Assembly: GCA_025350665.1 (NCBI GenBank)
Contig: JANXXJ010000131.1
Coordinates: 7,262-71,261, forward strand
Direction: 5' to 3'
Length of the DNA: 64,000 nucleotides
Source: Gemmatimonadota bacterium
GTDB lineage: Bacteria > Gemmatimonadota > Gemmatimonadetes > Gemmatimonadales > GWC2-71-9
Position 1 is the first letter of the stretch. Each line of letters starts with the position of its first letter. Below the pieces are notes generated by a model, which saw only the letters and a list, made by a program, of their open reading frames with translations, was not told the DNA's origin and searched no databases. This document shows positions 28,430-36,949 of the stretch, one piece after another. The translations under genes and the position numbers were made by a program.

Positions 28430-28901
28430 GGAATACCTGCAGCGTTTGATCGATCATCTGGGCTGGGCCGACCAGCGCGTCTTCGAATCCGTCCGCGATG
28501 CCACGGCCGGTCCGCCCGCCGCCGCCGAGTTGCTGAGCCACCTGCTCGCCGCCGAGCACGTCTGGTACGTCCGGCTGGTCGGTCGGCCGGCCACAGTACC
28601 GGTCTGGCCCATCCTCTCCGTCGCCGACTGCCTGCGGCTGGCCGAGGACAACCTCGCCGGCCTCCGGCGCTATGTGGGAGAACTGGATCCCGTCGCGGCT
28701 CGGACCGGCATCACCTACACCAACTCAGCCGGTCAGACCTTCACGACCCCGGCAGAAGACATCCTGCTCCACGTCTGTCTCCACGGAGCCTACCACCGCG
28801 GGCAAATCGCCTTGATCCTGCGCAGCGGAGGTGCGATTCCAGCCGCAACCGACTACATCGCCTTCATTCGCGGCGCCCCCCCCGCAGGCCGAACGCCATG
28901 A
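28428..28901 (+). CDS. DinB family protein
   Basis: Internal ATG 28428. Has MEYLQRLIDHLGWADQRV...LLAAEHVW...HVCLHGAYHRGQIA, the DinB four-helix His triad pattern. The stop overlaps the next start (ATGA). Confidence 0.75.
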   Translation: MEYLQRLIDHLGWADQRVFESVRDATAGPPAAAELLSHLLAAEHVWYVRLVGRPATVPVWPILSVADCLRLAEDNLAGLRRYVGELDPVAARTGITYTNSAGQTFTTPAEDILLHVCLHGAYHRGQIALILRSGGAIPAATDYIAFIRGAPPAGRTP

Positions 28902-29809
28902 CCCTCCGCACCCCCGACGATCGATTCGCCACGCTGGAAGATTATCCGTTCGCCCCCAAGTACGTCGAGGTCCAGGGGCTCCGAATGCACTACGTGGACG
29001 AAGGGCCGCGCCATGGTCCGGTCGTGCTGCTGCTCCACGGCGAGCCGACCTGGTCGTACCTCTATCGGAAGATGATTCCTCCGCTCGTGGCCGCCGGCTT
29101 CCGCGCCATCGCGCCGGATCTGATCGGGTTTGGCCGATCCGACAAACTGGAACGGATCGACGACTATAGCTACGGCTCTCACGTGGCCTGGCTCGCCGGA
29201 TTCATCGCGACCCTCGACCCGCACGGCATCACGGTCTTCGCCCAGGATTGGGGCGGGCTCCTGGGGCTCAGGATCATCGCGGAACACCCCGATCGTTTTG
29301 CCCGGGTGGTGATCAGCAACACCGGCCTCCCAACCGGAAAGGGCATGGCAACACCCGGATTCCTGCAATGGCGGGAGTATGCCCGGACCGTACCCGATTT
29401 TCGGGCCGGGAAGATCGTGCACAAGGGCACGGTGAATGGAATCAGCGAAGCGACGGTCCGGGCCTATGACGCGCCGTTCCCCGATCCGTCATTCCAGGCC
29501 GGCGCCCGGGCGTTTCCGATGCTCGTACCGATCGATGTCGACAATCCCGCCGTGCCCGCGAACCGCGAAGCCTGGAACGTGCTCCGCAGCTGGACCAAGC
29601 CGTTCCTCACCCTCTTCGCAGACCGGGACCCGATCACAGCCGGTGGAGACCAGCCGTTCCAGACCCGCATTCCCGGGGCGGCAGGTCAGCCCCATCGGCT
29701 GGTCGAAGGGGCCGGCCACTTCATTCAGGAGGACTGCCCCGAACAGCTGGTCCGGGACATTCTGGATCTGGTGGCAAGAACGCCGAATGCCGGGGAGACT
29801 CGCCAATGA
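28898..29809 (+). CDS. haloalkane dehalogenase-type alpha/beta hydrolase
   Basis: Internal ATG 28898. Has ...MHYVDEGP..GPVVLLLHGEPTWSYLYRKMIP...VFAQDWGGLLGLR (nucleophile Asp-Trp)...GAGHFIQED. Confidence 0.85.
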   Translation: MTLRTPDDRFATLEDYPFAPKYVEVQGLRMHYVDEGPRHGPVVLLLHGEPTWSYLYRKMIPPLVAAGFRAIAPDLIGFGRSDKLERIDDYSYGSHVAWLAGFIATLDPHGITVFAQDWGGLLGLRIIAEHPDRFARVVISNTGLPTGKGMATPGFLQWREYARTVPDFRAGKIVHKGTVNGISEATVRAYDAPFPDPSFQAGARAFPMLVPIDVDNPAVPANREAWNVLRSWTKPFLTLFADRDPITAGGDQPFQTRIPGAAGQPHRLVEGAGHFIQEDCPEQLVRDILDLVARTPNAGETRQ

Positions 29810-30219
29810 GCCGGGCCGCCACGATCACCGCCCTGCTGATCGGCCTCGCTGCCTGCCGGCCCGCCGACACCAGCCAGCTGTCAGCCGACCAGGAGACCCG
29901 CTTCGCCAGGGAAGTGGTGCGCTTCCGGGCCGCGAACCAGAGCTTCCGTTTCACCCATGAGGCCGGCTGGGAGGAACGGATCGCGTCGATCATCGTGACC
30001 GACAGCACCGTCCTGGTCTACAAGAATGAAAAGATCGGGATCGAGATCACGCCGGCCAGTCGCCGGGTCTACGAAGTCCACCGCGACGGCGAGCGGGTCC
30101 GGATTACCGCCGGCAGCGGCAAGTCCCGCGAAACCTGGTCATTCACGCCGCCGGATAACCCCGATGGCTGGGCCACGGGCATCCGAGCCGTGATCACGAC
30201 ATCCGGCGGAGCCCGGTGA
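29806..30219 (+). CDS. hypothetical lipoprotein
   Basis: 137 aa. Has a lipobox LIGLAAC and an ATGA overlap with the upstream gene. I recognised no family motif. Confidence 0.55.
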   Translation: MSRAATITALLIGLAACRPADTSQLSADQETRFAREVVRFRAANQSFRFTHEAGWEERIASIIVTDSTVLVYKNEKIGIEITPASRRVYEVHRDGERVRITAGSGKSRETWSFTPPDNPDGWATGIRAVITTSGGAR

Positions 30220-30222
30220 TCG

Positions 30223-30663
30223 TCAGTTGAGTTCGTCGGTATCGACCTGGCCCGACAGCCGGCGGCTCACATGCGACCACGACATCCCGAGCCCCAGAAC
30301 GATCGCCAGACCCACCAGCACCAGATGACCGATGGCTCGGCTGCTGTCCGGACTGAAGACATGCCAGTCGATCAGGGCCCAGATCAGCGTCCCGAGGATC
30401 GCCAGGATCAGGACCACACCCTTCCAGCCAATCGCCCGGCGCGTGGTCTGCACCAGAAAGACCCACACGCCCACCAGGATCAGGCCGGCCAGCAGCTTGA
30501 TCGGGAGTTGCGCCCGCGCCGCCTCCATCCGGCCTCGAAAGACCGGATTGATGGCCCAGTGGAAGTAGGAATAGCCCTCAGGGTTGAAGGTAGCGTAGAC
30601 CAGCGCCAGCGCCCCCACGAACCGGCCGACAATACCCCTGCCCGTCAGCGTATCACCCTGCAT
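30223..30663 (-). CDS. hypothetical integral membrane protein
   Basis: 146 aa with four hydrophobic helices. Family unknown to me. Confidence 0.55.
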   Translation of the reverse strand: MQGDTLTGRGIVGRFVGALALVYATFNPEGYSYFHWAINPVFRGRMEAARAQLPIKLLAGLILVGVWVFLVQTTRRAIGWKGVVLILAILGTLIWALIDWHVFSPDSSRAIGHLVLVGLAIVLGLGMSWSHVSRRLSGQVDTDELN

Positions 30664-30781
30664 GCCCGACCCCGGTAATGGATCGGCCCAAGCTAGCCGC
30701 CGGTCCGATGGGTCGCCAGCGCAGCCGTAGGTGACGGGCCGTTTCCGGGCTATTTTTCATCCTCCTGCAACCGACGCTGGC

Positions 30782-32335
30782 ATGGCCGACCCCAGACGGC
30801 TGGGCATTCTCCTCGTCCGACCTGAGATCGTCGCACCTGATCTGCTTCGGCAGCAGGCCGCCGAGGCCTTGGTGGACCTGACCATCGAGGTAGTCGGATC
30901 GATCGCCGACGCCGCGGCCAGGGCGGCCCTGGCCGGCCCCGACGCCGTCGTCATCGGCGGGCCCGTCACGGTCGCCGAGGTGGCGCGGTTTCCAGCCCGC
31001 CTGCCCGTCTTCGTCGTGGCCGAGGTGACGGCGGCGGAAGAAAACGCGTTGATCCTCACCGGCGCGGCCGGCGTTTTTGCCCCAGGCCGGCTCTCCCGGC
31101 TCCCGACCGCGCTGGCCAGGGAATCGACCATCGCGGTGGAGCACGCGAGTCTGCTCCAGGCCGAGACCGACCGGACCCGGCTGCTGGCTCAGCTGGTCCA
31201 TGCCCAGAAGATGGAAGCGATCGGTACGTTGGCCGGAGGCCTCGCCCACGACCTCAACAACGTGCTCATGGGGATTCTCGGCAATGCGGAAATGGCGGCG
31301 GAGGACGTTGGAAGCAGCCACCCCGCCCAGGGCAATCTCGCCGACGTGATCCGCGCCGCGAATCGGGCCCGCGACGTGGTGCAGCGAGTCCTGACCTTCA
31401 GCCGGAAACGGGAACCAGCCCGCCGGAGCGACCAGCTGCCGCAGGTGGTCGACGACGCCGTGGTCCTGCTCCGCGCGACCCTGCCGGCCACGATCGAACT
31501 CGTGGTCCGCCACGAGCCCGATCCGCCGCCGGTGTCGATCGACGCCAACCAGATCAATCAGGTCATTACCAACCTGGCCACCAACGCCAGAGACGCGATT
31601 GGGAGCCGCCCCGGCACCATCACCATCTCGTCCGCGGTGATCGACGTGGACCGCACCCTGGCCCGGACTCATGTGAACCTTGCCGTGCGCCGCTACGTTC
31701 GGCTCTCGGTCGCCGACGACGGTCCGGGCATCGCCCCGGATATCCTGCCGCGAGTGTTCGAACCGTTCTTCACCACCAAAGCACCCGGAGCCGGTACCGG
31801 GCTTGGCCTGGCGGTAGCGCACGGCATCATCGAGGAGCATGACGGGGCCATCACCATGGAGTCCACGATGGGGCGTGGAACAACGGTGCGCCTCTACCTG
31901 CCCGCTCTCGAACCGGCCCGGACCAGCGACGACGCCGGGGCCGCCACGCCGCGAGGCGCCGGCGAAGCCGTCCTCCTCGTCGACGACGAAGCGATGGTCG
32001 TCCGGATTGGCGTCCGCATGCTCGAGCGTCTTGGCTATCGGGTGACCGCCGCCGACAGTGCAGCCGCGGCGCTCGAGCTCTTCCGGGCCGAGCCGTCCCG
32101 GTTCCAGGTCGTCATTTCCGATCTCACCATGCCCGGGCATACCGGTCTCGACCTCGCCCGCCGATTCCGGGCCCTGAATCCCCAGATCAAGTTCATCTTG
32201 ACCACCGGCCATCTGGGGGCGGAACAGCATGCCCTGCCCGATACCGACGCGCTGCTCACCAAGCCATTCGCGGCCTCCCGTCTGGCGCAGGTCCTGAACG
32301 AAGTCCTGCACCCGCATGAGAGCATCACCTCGTGA
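30782..32335 (+). CDS. cytoplasmic hybrid sensor histidine kinase (pseudo-receiver-like N-domain, HisKA, HATPase_c, C-terminal receiver)
   Basis: H-box LAGGLAHDLNNVLMGILGNAEM. ATPase boxes NLATNARDA, VADDGPGI and GTGLGLAVAHGI. Receiver VLLVDDE...VISDLTMPG...LTTGH...KPF. The start is either ATG 30782 or GTG 30731. Confidence 0.85.
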   Translation: MADPRRLGILLVRPEIVAPDLLRQQAAEALVDLTIEVVGSIADAAARAALAGPDAVVIGGPVTVAEVARFPARLPVFVVAEVTAAEENALILTGAAGVFAPGRLSRLPTALARESTIAVEHASLLQAETDRTRLLAQLVHAQKMEAIGTLAGGLAHDLNNVLMGILGNAEMAAEDVGSSHPAQGNLADVIRAANRARDVVQRVLTFSRKREPARRSDQLPQVVDDAVVLLRATLPATIELVVRHEPDPPPVSIDANQINQVITNLATNARDAIGSRPGTITISSAVIDVDRTLARTHVNLAVRRYVRLSVADDGPGIAPDILPRVFEPFFTTKAPGAGTGLGLAVAHGIIEEHDGAITMESTMGRGTTVRLYLPALEPARTSDDAGAATPRGAGEAVLLVDDEAMVVRIGVRMLERLGYRVTAADSAAAALELFRAEPSRFQVVISDLTMPGHTGLDLARRFRALNPQIKFILTTGHLGAEQHALPDTDALLTKPFAASRLAQVLNEVLHPHESITS

Positions 32336-33102
32336 GCCCCGACCGCAACCAAGGAACCCCTTCGCGTATGACCGGGAGCCCTCTCAGAACGGCGATCGTC
32401 GCCGGACTGGTCCGACACAAGAACGCCAAGCAGGCCGCCGCCGCGCGAGCCTATCTCAAGTCCGCGATGCCGTGCTACGGTGTCCAGGCACCCCTTCTCC
32501 GGGAAATCTGCACCGAAGTGTTCGGTCGTTTTCCGATCAGCATGGCCGCCGACTGGCGGCGCGCCGTCTCTGAACTGTGGGATCAAGCCACCCACCGCGA
32601 GGAACGGTACGCGGCGATTGAACTCGCGACCCACCCACCCTACCAGCGATTCATCTCCCTCGCCCTCTTGCCGGTATATCGGCGGATGATCCAGGAAGGC
32701 GGCTGGTGGGATCTGGTCGATCCGCTGGCCCATCGGGTCGCCGTACTCCTCGCCACCTACCCTGACCGGATCAAACCGACGCTGCGGGCCTGGGCCCGGT
32801 ACGACAATATCTGGCTCCGGCGGGTCGCGATCATCAGCCAGATCACGTTCAAGGACCAGACCGACACCACCCTGCTCTACGACTGCATCACCCCGTCGAT
32901 CGGCTCATCAGAGGTCTTCCTCCGGAAAGCCATCGGCTGGGCGCTCCGTGAATTCGCCCGGACCAACCCTGCCGAGGTCAAGCGATATCTCGCGGCCGAA
33001 GGCGCCGGTCTTTCACCCTTGTCCAAACGGGAAGCGCTAAAAGGCGCTGCGCCCTCGAAAAAACCAGGCCCCACCAAACGACCAGTCCGGAGAGCCAAAT
33101 GA
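32332..33102 (+). CDS. DNA alkylation repair (AlkD-like HEAT repeat) protein
   Basis: 256 aa. Has ...NAKQAAAARAYLKSAMPCYGVQAPLLREI...EERYAAIEL...WWDLVD...NIWLRRVAI..Q...FLRKAIGWALREFAR, typical of the family. The GTG start overlaps the HK stop (GTGA). Confidence 0.8.
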   Translation: MSPDRNQGTPSRMTGSPLRTAIVAGLVRHKNAKQAAAARAYLKSAMPCYGVQAPLLREICTEVFGRFPISMAADWRRAVSELWDQATHREERYAAIELATHPPYQRFISLALLPVYRRMIQEGGWWDLVDPLAHRVAVLLATYPDRIKPTLRAWARYDNIWLRRVAIISQITFKDQTDTTLLYDCITPSIGSSEVFLRKAIGWALREFARTNPAEVKRYLAAEGAGLSPLSKREALKGAAPSKKPGPTKRPVRRAK

Positions 33103-34712
33103 AACGACGTGAGTTTGTCGGGGCGACGATTGCCGGGGGCCTCGCCGCCAGCCCCAAATCCGGAAGAACCCCTGCCACCGCGGCCGCTCGGCCCGACACC
33201 GCCGTCCGCCAGGCGTTCGAGCTGGACGAAACCACCATCGCCGCGCTGCAGGATGGCATGCAGGCCGGCCGTTATTCCGCCCGGCGGATCACCGAGCTGT
33301 ACCTCGATCGGATCGAAGCCGTCGACCGTCGCGGGCCCAGGGTCAACTCGGTAATCGAGGTGAATCCAGACGCCCTCGCGATCGCCGAGACCGCCGATCA
33401 GGAGCGGACTGCCGGGCGCGTCCGCGGGCCCTTGCACGGCATTCCAATTCTGATCAAGGACAACATCGACACGGCCGACCGGATGCAAACCACGGCCGGC
33501 TCGCTCGCACTCGAGGGCTCGATTGCGCCCCGCGACGCCTTCATCGTGAGCCGGCTGCGCGAAGCCGGGGCCGTACTGCTTGGCAAGACCAACCTGAGCG
33601 AGTGGGCCAATTTCCGATCGAGTAGTTCCTCCAGCGGCTGGTCGGGTCGCGGCGGTCAGACCAGGAACCCATACGTTCTGGACCGGAGTCCCTGCGGCTC
33701 GAGCGCGGGTTCGGGGGCCGCCGGATCGGCCAACCTGGCGGCGATCACGATTGGCACCGAAACCGATGGCTCGATCGTCTGCCCGTCATCGTCCAACGGT
33801 CTGGTCGGCATCAAGCCTACCGTCGGACTATGGAGTCGATCCGGGATCATCCCGATTTCGTCGACCCAGGACACGGCCGGGCCCATGTGCCGGACCGTCA
33901 CGGATGCGGCCACCCTGCTCGGGCCGCTCACCGGCGCCGACCCGCGGGATGCCGCCACTCGCGGCAGTAGCGGCCATGCCCTCGCCGACTATCGCCGCTT
34001 CCTCGACGCCGGCAGTCTCAAAGGGGCCCGCCTCGGCGTGATGCGGAAACACCTGGGCGTCAGCGCCAAGACGGAAGCCGTATACGACGAGGCACTCAAA
34101 GCCCTCGCCGCCGCCGGGGCCGTCCTGGTCGACCCCGTGGACTTCGCCGCCCCGGAGCCACTCGGCGCCGCCGAATGGCAGGTCCTGGCCTACGAGTTCA
34201 AGGTCGGTGTCGAAGCCTACCTCGCGTCGCTGGGTGGCCGCGTACCCCATCGTACGCTCGCCGATTTGATCCGATTCAATGAGGAGCACCGCGATCGGGA
34301 GATGCCGTATTTCGGGCAGGAGACCTTCCTGCTGGCTGAAAAGGCGGGCGCGATGGGCACGGCGAAGTATCAGGCGTTGCTGGTAAAGTGTCGCCGGCTG
34401 GCACGCACCGAGGGCCTTGACGCCAGACTCGCCGGGCACCGGCTCGACGCGGTGGTCAGCGTCACCGCCGGCCCATCCTGGGCGATCGACCTCGCCAACG
34501 GCGATCGGTCCACCGGCGGAAGCTCGACCTACGCGGCCGTGGCGGGATATCCATCGATCACCGTACCGATGGGAAACGTCCACGGTCTCCCCGTCGGCCT
34601 CCTGTTCGCCGGACGAGCCTGGAACGAAGGGCGTCTGATTGGACTGGCGTTCGGCTTCGAGCAGGCCACGAAGGCTCGCAGGGCCCCGACTTTCCGCCCG
34701 ACCATCGGCTGA
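33099..34712 (+). CDS. amidase (amidase-signature family), TAT-type signal
   Basis: 537 aa. Has MKRREFVGATIAGGLAA, the AS motifs GPLHGIPILIKDNID and GGSSAGSGAAGSANLAAITIGTETDGSIVCPSS. Confidence 0.9.
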   Translation: MKRREFVGATIAGGLAASPKSGRTPATAAARPDTAVRQAFELDETTIAALQDGMQAGRYSARRITELYLDRIEAVDRRGPRVNSVIEVNPDALAIAETADQERTAGRVRGPLHGIPILIKDNIDTADRMQTTAGSLALEGSIAPRDAFIVSRLREAGAVLLGKTNLSEWANFRSSSSSSGWSGRGGQTRNPYVLDRSPCGSSAGSGAAGSANLAAITIGTETDGSIVCPSSSNGLVGIKPTVGLWSRSGIIPISSTQDTAGPMCRTVTDAATLLGPLTGADPRDAATRGSSGHALADYRRFLDAGSLKGARLGVMRKHLGVSAKTEAVYDEALKALAAAGAVLVDPVDFAAPEPLGAAEWQVLAYEFKVGVEAYLASLGGRVPHRTLADLIRFNEEHRDREMPYFGQETFLLAEKAGAMGTAKYQALLVKCRRLARTEGLDARLAGHRLDAVVSVTAGPSWAIDLANGDRSTGGSSTYAAVAGYPSITVPMGNVHGLPVGLLFAGRAWNEGRLIGLAFGFEQATKARRAPTFRPTIG

Positions 34713-34760
34713 AAATCGGTTGGGCTTTCCGGCCGCCGAAGACCCTGGCATCTTCGGAAC

Positions 34761-35405
34761 ATGATGATCGCTCGCGTCCGCCGAATCGGGAGCCTGGCCG
34801 CCGTCTTCTGCGGTCTGGCTGGAGCGCCCGCTGCCGGCCAACCCCCCGCTGGACGGCTGTCGAACGACGGCGTGGCCCGGGCCGCGTCACAGGTGGACTC
34901 CGTCTTCGTAGGGCGAACCAAGGCCGATGGACGGGTGGAAGGCGGGGACTGGGCCTCCTACCTGCTTGCCCGCCTCGGGACCGGCCGAATCCCCGACAGC
35001 CTCGGTATCCAGGTCGGCATCGATTCCACCCATATCGAGGTCCGGGGCCGGCTGCAGGACCTTCCCCATGAGGCCCGGGCACTATTGGGCCCGTTGGCCC
35101 ACATGGTCGATTCCGCCACGGTGGTCATCGCGGAGGTCGTGATGGAACGTACCGGCCGTCAAGTCGAGCGGTTCTGGCTTCGGGGACTGCGAGTCAACGG
35201 CTTTCTGTTGCCCGAATTTGTCCTTGGATCGATGATGGCGTCGGTCGGTCGGCAATACCCCGCCCTCACGGCCTCAGGCCGGGACCTGTATGTCCAGATT
35301 CCGACCGATGGACGCCTGACGCTCGGCGACGGCGCGCTCCTCATCGCGGTATCGCCGCCCGCACCCGATACCACCGACCGCCAGCCTCCGCCTAGGAAAC
35401 CCTGA
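34761..35405 (+). CDS. hypothetical secreted protein
   Basis: 214 aa with an N-terminal signal-like segment (IGSLAAVFCGLAGAPAAGQ). I recognised no family. Confidence 0.5.
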   Translation: MMIARVRRIGSLAAVFCGLAGAPAAGQPPAGRLSNDGVARAASQVDSVFVGRTKADGRVEGGDWASYLLARLGTGRIPDSLGIQVGIDSTHIEVRGRLQDLPHEARALLGPLAHMVDSATVVIAEVVMERTGRQVERFWLRGLRVNGFLLPEFVLGSMMASVGRQYPALTASGRDLYVQIPTDGRLTLGDGALLIAVSPPAPDTTDRQPPPRKP

Positions 35406-35932
35406 TGCCCGCCGATCTGCGCTATCCCATCGGCCCGTTCGTCTTCGCCGATACGTTCACCGAAAGCGACCGGCGCGAGGCCATTGGCAGGATCAAGACG
35501 GCGCCCGCTCGGTTTCGCGCGGCAGTCGCGGGCCTCGATGACCCGGCGCTCGACACGCCCTACCGGCCCGATGGCTGGACGGTGCGGCAAGTCGTTCACC
35601 ACGTTGTCGACAGCCACCTGAACGCCTACACTCGCTGCAAGCTGGCCCTCACCGAGGACCACCCGACCATCCGGCCATACGACGAGGCCAAATGGGCCGA
35701 ACTCCCCGACTCGCGACGCCCGCTCGTCGGCTCCCTCGGCCTGCTCGACTGGCTCCACGAGCGGTGGGTCAGTCTGCTCGAGGCTACGCCACCAGTCGAG
35801 TTCTCCCGCACGTTCTACCATCCGGAAGGGCGAATCTCGGTCAGTTTGGACCGCATGGTGGCCACCTACGCCTGGCACGGAGACCATCACCTTGCCCACA
35901 TCACCGACCTCCGCCGTCGCCAGGGCTGGTAA
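35405..35932 (+). CDS. YfiT/DinB-family putative metal-dependent hydrolase (bacillithiol-transferase-like)
   Basis: 175 aa. Has LRYPIGPF......Y.PDGWTVRQVVHHVVDSHLNAY.R.KLALTED.PTI.PYDE..WAEL...YAWHGDHHLAHI, the classic YfiT pattern. Confidence 0.8.
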   Translation: MPADLRYPIGPFVFADTFTESDRREAIGRIKTAPARFRAAVAGLDDPALDTPYRPDGWTVRQVVHHVVDSHLNAYTRCKLALTEDHPTIRPYDEAKWAELPDSRRPLVGSLGLLDWLHERWVSLLEATPPVEFSRTFYHPEGRISVSLDRMVATYAWHGDHHLAHITDLRRRQGW

Positions 35933-36551
35933 CGCGCTGCGAACCGGCCGCGGCTTGGCGGTGGTCCTCACGGCGGCAGCCCTGATGATGGTGGTCGGTG
36001 GAGATTGGGGCGGCCAGGTCGCAACCTATCTGCCCTGTCGGCGAAACTGGGGCTGGCTCCCGTCCTACCAGCCCCGAGTCAGCCCCATCCGGTCCGCAAC
36101 CACAAGTCTCGGGACCGTGCGGATCAAAGTGTGTTACGGGGCCCCGGAATCTCGGGGCAGGCGAATGCTTGGCGGCTCGCTCGTACCGTTCGGGCGGCTT
36201 TGGCGGACCGGGGCGAACGAACCCACCACCCTCAGACTAGGAGGGTCCATCGTTCTTGGCGGCATTACGATTGGCGCCGGCAAGGTTTCCCTCTACACCA
36301 TTCCTGGCCCAGAGACCTGGGAACTGATCATCAATCGCTCGACCAGTCAGTGGGGCCTCGAATCAGAGTACGTACCCTCGGTCGCAGCCCAGGAAATCGG
36401 CAGGGTCGTACTGCCCAGCCAAACCACCGAGGCGCCGGCCGAGGAACAACTGCGGTTCGCGTTCGAACCGGGCGCCAAACCTCACGAGGCCGTTCTCGTC
36501 ATGGCGTGGGAAACGACCCGCCTTCGGATTCCGGTCCGGCTCCCGCCCTGA
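35892..36551 (+). CDS. DUF2911 domain protein (start uncertain)
   Basis: Has ...KVCYGAPESRGRRMLGGSLVPFGRLWRTGANEPTTL.....GKVSLYTIPG.ETWELIINR. The TTG at 35892 overlaps the previous gene by 41 nt. The true start may be slightly downstream. Confidence 0.65.
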   Translation: MPTSPTSAVARAGNALRTGRGLAVVLTAAALMMVVGGDWGGQVATYLPCRRNWGWLPSYQPRVSPIRSATTSLGTVRIKVCYGAPESRGRRMLGGSLVPFGRLWRTGANEPTTLRLGGSIVLGGITIGAGKVSLYTIPGPETWELIINRSTSQWGLESEYVPSVAAQEIGRVVLPSQTTEAPAEEQLRFAFEPGAKPHEAVLVMAWETTRLRIPVRLPP

Positions 36552-36680
36552 CGTCGGCGACTGATCAGCCCGCAAAATCCAAAGCCGGGCCCTCCGGATT
36601 CTTGGCGTTTGCCCTGTCGGGATGGCTCGGACCGAGCCGGGTGAAAGAACCTGACTATCGCCGTTCGATTATCGTCTGCT

Positions 36681-36880
36681 CGACATGAGAATATTCACAA
36701 TACGACGTCGTTTACATTTGTTATATTGCTCAAATATATACAGTTACATGACTTTAACTAGCGATTTCAATGTTAGGAGTCTTAAACGCAACGTCGACTG
36801 AATATTTGTCGAATCAATTTAACATAATATCACGTTTCGTCTTCGATTTGCGCCAACCAGAAAAAACAAGCCCAAGATAT
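36681..36880 (+). promoter_or_regulatory. AT-rich island with palindromes and sigma70-like promoter (TTTACA-N18-TATATA at 36711-36740)
   Basis: I hand-counted 69 G/C in 200 nt. Palindromes are GAATATTC (36689-36696) and ACGACGTCGT (36702-36711). A partner arm lies at 36789-36807. The island sits directly upstream of the 36950 gene. Confidence 0.45.
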
Positions 36881-36949
36881 GCAATGCCTCGTCACGATGA
36901 CTCGCGCCCGCATATCGGGCTGCCCGGGATCAGCCAAGGATTTCTGAAG

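Noticed and set aside
36552-36680. Possible tRNA, small RNA or terminator after the DUF2911 gene (hairpin GGCTC-ggacc-GAGCC near 36622-36640 and CCGG-gccct-CCGG near 36585-36600).
   Set aside because: The stems are only 4-5 bp, with no cloverleaf and no convincing U-tract. This is too weak to call.
36660-36900. The AT-rich island as a mobile element or insertion scar.
   Set aside because: I found no transposase or integrase, no flanking tRNA and no terminal inverted or direct repeats at the GC/AT boundaries. I kept it as a regulatory region, with foreign origin only a possibility.
36770-36949. In-frame ATG at 36770 that would extend the sensor protein by 60 aa (MLGVLNATSTEYLSNQFNIISRF...).
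   Set aside because: The extension lies in the AT-rich island and its codon usage is unlike every other gene here. A TM-proximal start at 36950 (or 36884) gives a normal N-terminus. I kept this region as a 5' leader, though translation is not excluded.
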